Shown: piece after piece, positions 22,833 to 64,000 of the stretch
Layout of the letters: each line of letters starts with the position of its first letter
How positions within the stretch are numbered: the stretch's first letter is position 1
DNA from: Octopus vulgaris
Lineage: Eukaryota
Length of the DNA stretch: 64,000 nt
NCBI GenBank assembly: GCA_951406725.2
Contig: OX597833.1
Span: forward strand, 41,602,001 to 41,666,000
Reading direction: 5' to 3'
Notes under the pieces: model-generated
Seen by the model: only the letters and a program-made list of their open reading frames with translations
Databases searched by the model: none
What the model was told of the DNA's origin: nothing
Translations under genes and position numbers: made by a program

Positions 22833-23257
22833 AAATTAAATGATGACGAAAGTGGTCAAATAATACATCTAGCAAGGGATCTTTTGACTTAAATTCTTTC
22901 TCTGGATTTCTTTTGTCTCTCACTCTCTGTCCATGTACTTCTGATATCACTAATCATCAATGTAAGTTGGTATATTCTTCATTAGGGAAAGACTTAGTAT
23001 TTACAACCATTTATATATCTTTTAATTTGGTAAGCATGAAGTCAAGCTGGCTTTGTATGTTGGCCCGATCGGTAGGTAATCAAGTGGGTGGCCAGTGCCT
23101 GTTTCCTGAAGTTAGTTCTGCATATGGTGAGTCATTTGCATCATAGAACTTTAAGGGCCTTTAATCTCTCTTCTTTGTAGCTTCCATGTAATTTTCAATA
23201 TTTAAGGGTGAGACCCTAAATGCGAAAATATATAAGTAACATGCTAGAGGGGTGCAA

Positions 23258-23718
23258 AGAGCACCATACGAGTGTGATTGTTGACAGAGAGGCTATTCGA
23301 GTATGATCGTTACCAGCGTCGCCTTACTGACACTTATGCCTGTGCTTGTAGGGTGCCAAGAACACCATCCGAGCGTGATTGTTGACAGAGCAGCCAACTG
23401 GCTTCTGTACCCGTGGCACGTAAAAGGGCACCATTTGAGCGTGATCGTTACCACTGGCACCTGTGTCGGTGGCATGTGTAAAAAGATTCGAGCGAGGTCA
23501 TTGCCAGTACCGCCTGACTGGCCCCCGTACAGGTGGCACATAAAAAGCATCCACTACACTCTCGGAGTGGTTGGCATTAGGAAGGGCATCCAGCTGTAGA
23601 AACTCTACCAGATCAAGACTGGAGCCTGGTGCAGCCATCTGGTTGCCAGCCCTCAGTCAAAACCGTCCAACCCATGCTAGCATGGAAAGCAGACATTAAA
23701 TAAATGATGATGGTGATG
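23258..23718 (+). mobile_element. RTE-associated 3' tail element with (GAT)n end
   Basis: Homologous to 780-1173; tandem GCACCAT.CGAGCGTGAT subrepeats. Confidence 0.75.
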
Positions 23719-26044
23719 GAGAGATAATTATTTGCTTAGCTAAGACTAGTAAGTGCTACCATTGCTAAGAAGTGGAGAAATATGCTATGTTCATGAGCTG
23801 CAAATTTGAATATGGTATAACTCCTATATAAATGGATTAGAAAAAACAATTGTCAACAATATTGCAGTTACTGGTTTTATAGATGTTACTTTAACTTATT
23901 CTACACATTATCTATGCCACAAACCAAATGAAACTTATATTTATATTCACAAGCAATCAAACTAACAAAGAAGTATTATTAGTTGAATTTTTAAAAAATT
24001 TCTCTGAGCTGCTAAAAAAGTTATAGTGATGCTTTGATTAAGATTAGATCAAAGAAAAAAACTACTTGTATTGTGAAAAATAATCAAATAGACTTATAAA
24101 AAACAATGAGAAAACAGAACACCACTTGGTTTAAACTCCTGAAAGTGACATCACCATGTTAGTAGTAAATAATTTCTTTAACCCTTCAGCTTTCAGATTG
24201 CTCAATCAGATATAATATTTATCCACATTGTTTTGAAGTAATTGAGCATTATCTTGGAGCTTAAAGATTTCAATGATGTGATTGTTTATTTTTAGCATGA
24301 CATTGTAGGGCTGTTGTGAGAGTCTAGATTTGGCATAAAACAGGTAGAATATTTGGACTTTGCATGACCTGTTTAAAAGCTAAAGCATTAAATTAGTCTG
24401 AAAATATTATTTACCCACTGCATATATACCACCAAATATTCATCAAATATTCTATCAACATACTACACTTCATTTTACAATACCCAACTTTGCTCTTAAT
24501 TCTATTTGAATCTATAAACCATTTATCTAATCAATAGTAACTGTAATACCTCTTGTTAGGGTCTTAATTCCCTTGCTAAGGGCTTTCCTAATGCACAATA
24601 AAAATTAACTATACATCTTACATAGGGCTCACATTAAATCCATTCAAATTCTACTATAATGGACAAAATTAGAAAGTCATTTCACTATTCTTATTCATTT
24701 GGGAGCTGGAAAACGAAAACCAGCATCAAAATATATGGAATATAAATCTTAAGTATTAAGTTATATAATAGCAGAAGAAAATCATGTATCTTATGCATTG
24801 CTTAATTTTTGATATCCTTGAAAATTTTAAAATTCAAATGCCCAGTCCTGTAATAACCAAACAAAATATCTTTTAAAATGGGCTTAGTATTTCCAACTGC
24901 TGATGGTACTTGTGTTCAGATTAGCTTGAAAATTGGCATTATTGCAGAAATGATTGTGTTTTTCTTTTAATTATTAAATTGTCATTTGTGGTAAAAATAA
25001 TATTGTGCATTTAAGATTGTTAATTTACTGCATAATAATAACTAAAAAAAATATGCCAAAAGAAGAGATGTTTGGTAGTAATAAATTACATGTAATTAGT
25101 AATTGACATGGACATATAAATGTCACAAAAAAAAAAGTTTTTCTTTGGCATTTTTGCACCTTTTCCATTATGAATTCTACAGGTAAGCTGAGTTGCTCCC
25201 TTCAGAAAAAAAATTAGGCAGGTATATATGAAAGTTTGATAGGTGTGGGGGCTATGAAAATTAATTGCAAAACCTCAAAATTCATCAGCACATGCAGTTC
25301 TAATTGAGAAAGTGACATGATCAAAGGCATTCTGGTCATGACAACCTCATCTTTGTTTTTATTTATATTTTTATTTCTCTAATAGACGTAATGTCACTAG
25401 GACTAAATTATCCACAGTGTTCCCCTCCTTTTTTAAAATGGTTGAGTGTGATTTCAAAACAACTCGGCTGCTATTTCCAGCAAGCTCAGCAACCATGTAG
25501 GGGATGTCTTCTTATAGGTTAGATGTCTTAATGGAGTGAAAGTTGAATTTAACAGAACAGGAAACTCTGGAATGAAGGACTACATAAATGTACTGTTAAG
25601 AAACAGAAAGAGTACTGTATAAGTTATTGTTGTATCATTACTTTCTGATACACAAGTCACAGTCTCATTAGAAAAGTAGAGAACAGAGACTGCACAATGA
25701 ATTAACAAGTGTTGAAAATTTTTCAGTTCTGGGGTTTAATCAGGCAGACAGTTTTGAATTTGATTTCAGGTATCAGTGATTTTTCTGGCTTGAAATATGA
25801 GAGGGAGCATAATTCCAGATTGGTGTGTATCTAGACTATTTTTCTTACAAAATCAAGTTATTCAGGCTTAAGATAATTTACTGGGAATAATGATGACTCA
25901 TTGCATATATAAAGTTGCTCTGTAGTGTATGGCTTTTACATTAAGCTCAAGTTTGCATTTGCATAAATTATATTTGTATGAGCTGTTTGACCATTTTCAT
26001 CCATTATGGAACCTATCATCAAAATTATATTTGGTATTTTTTGA

Positions 26045-26520
26045 GGGCGCATGGCTTAGTGGTTAGGGTGTTGCACACACAATTGTGAAATTGTGGTTTC
26101 AATCCCTGGACCGAGTGGTGCATTGTCCTTGAGCAAAACACTTCATTTCATATTACTCTGTGATCTATTTGGCGTTAGGAAGGGCATTTAGCGTTAGGAA
26201 GGGCATCCAGCCATAGAACCATTGCCAGATCAGACTGGGCCTGGTGCAGCCTTCTGGCTTCCCAGATCCCAGTTGAACCGTCCAACTCATGCCAGCATGG
26301 AAAGCGGACGCTAAACAATGATAATGATGATGATCACTTTGACACTTGATGTGTGATACACTATGCATCAGTTCAGGCAATGTTGATTTGTTGGAGGAAG
26401 TGAGCTAATATACAATACAAACATTTGATCTCTATAAGCAGATCATTTGTGTAGGTTATTCAGCAAGAAGTTGCAGAACCTTCTTTCATCAACTACAAAA
26501 GACTACCATCATGTTTGGCA
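26045..26520 (+). mobile_element. tRNA-derived SINE (family 3) with an inserted RTE-tail fragment
   Basis: Head GGCGCATGGCTTAGTGGTTAGGG...GGTTTCAATCCC (A/B boxes); RTE tail at ~26170-26335. Relatives at 29462, 38365 and 56790. Confidence 0.65.
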
Positions 26521-26691
26521 TTTCAAGTTATTTTCTAACGACAGCCTTACGACTTTTCAAATTTCCAGAAGATTTTTTGATGTAATTTTCAAGTAAAGTA
26601 TTTAAGAGTTGGGATTTTTTAGAAAACCAAGAAAAGGTTAATGTTTGGTTGATGTTAGCTGAAACTATAGAACTGTATATTTCTGTTTTAG

Positions 26692-63318
<36,627 letters not shown>

Positions 63319-63337
63319 GTAAGCACTGTTCATCAAT

Positions 63338-63705
63338 CATCATCATCATTTAACGTCTGTTTTCCGTGCTAGCACAGGTTGGACGGTTCGACTGGGGTCT
63401 GGGATGCCAGGAGGCTGCACCAGGCTCCAGTCTAATATGGCAGTATTTCTACAGCTGGATGCCCTTCCTAACGCCAACCACTCCATGAGTGTAGAGGGTA
63501 CTTTTTACGTGCCAGGGGAGGCTGGCAGTGGCTATGATAAGTTTTTTCCCTTTTACGTGCCACCGGCACAGAAGCCAGTCAGTGCAGCGCTGGCATCAGC
63601 CACGTTCGGATGGTGCTTTTTATGTGCAACCGGCACAGAAGCCAGTCAGGGCAGCGCTGGTATCGGCCATGTTTGGATGGTGCTTTTTATGTGCCACTGG
63701 CACAG
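63338..63705 (-). mobile_element. RTE-associated 3' tail element
   Basis: (CAT)nTTAACGTC...GGATGCCCTTCCTAACGCCAACC...GGTGCTTTTTA subrepeats. Confidence 0.75.
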
Positions 63706-64000
63706 GTATCACAACTACAATTTCCATATTCATAAAAGTAGTGAGCTGACAGACTTGTTTGTGAATTGGACAAAATGCTTAACAGCATTTCTTCTGGTTC
63801 TTTACATCCTGATTTCAAATACTGCAGAGGCTGATTTTGCTTTTCATCCTTTCAGGGCTGATAAAGTAAGTACCAACTGAGCACTGAGGTTGATATAATT
63901 GACTAGCCCCATCCTCATAATTACTGGCCTTGTGCCAAAATTTGAAACCATTTATATACTCTTTTACATGTTTCAGTCATTTGACTGTGGCCATGCTGGA

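Noticed and set aside
25170-25188. ATGAATTCTACAG|GTAAGC as NSUN2 first exon
   Set aside because: Phase 1 donor is incompatible with the phase-0 acceptor at 26692, and there is no basic N-terminus. It could still be a non-coding exon end.

Overview
Eukaryotic, AT-rich, repeat-dense animal genomic DNA. The repeat families resemble octopus/coleoid cephalopod repeats (inference from memory, not a search). Two protein-coding genes lie on the + strand. (1) A complete Midasin/Rea1 (MDN1) gene whose entire 5453-aa ORF is one uninterrupted 16.36-kb stretch (2190-18551). (2) An intron-rich NSUN2/Trm4 tRNA m5C methyltransferase gene, for which I assembled 19 GT-AG exons with consistent phases (26692-63318); it runs off the right edge. 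I found no start-codon exon for NSUN2 between MDN1 and the first visible exon, so intronless MDN1 may sit inside NSUN2 intron 1 on the same strand. The introns contain tRNA-derived SINEs, RTE-LINE remnants, TTAA (piggyBac-type) and TA (Tc1/mariner-type) MITEs, and several Helitrons. One intron holds a ~500-bp palindromic element made of two head-to-head tRNA-headed units, each carrying a Penelope-type minimal hammerhead-ribozyme motif. No CRISPR array, rRNA or bona fide tRNA gene was seen.
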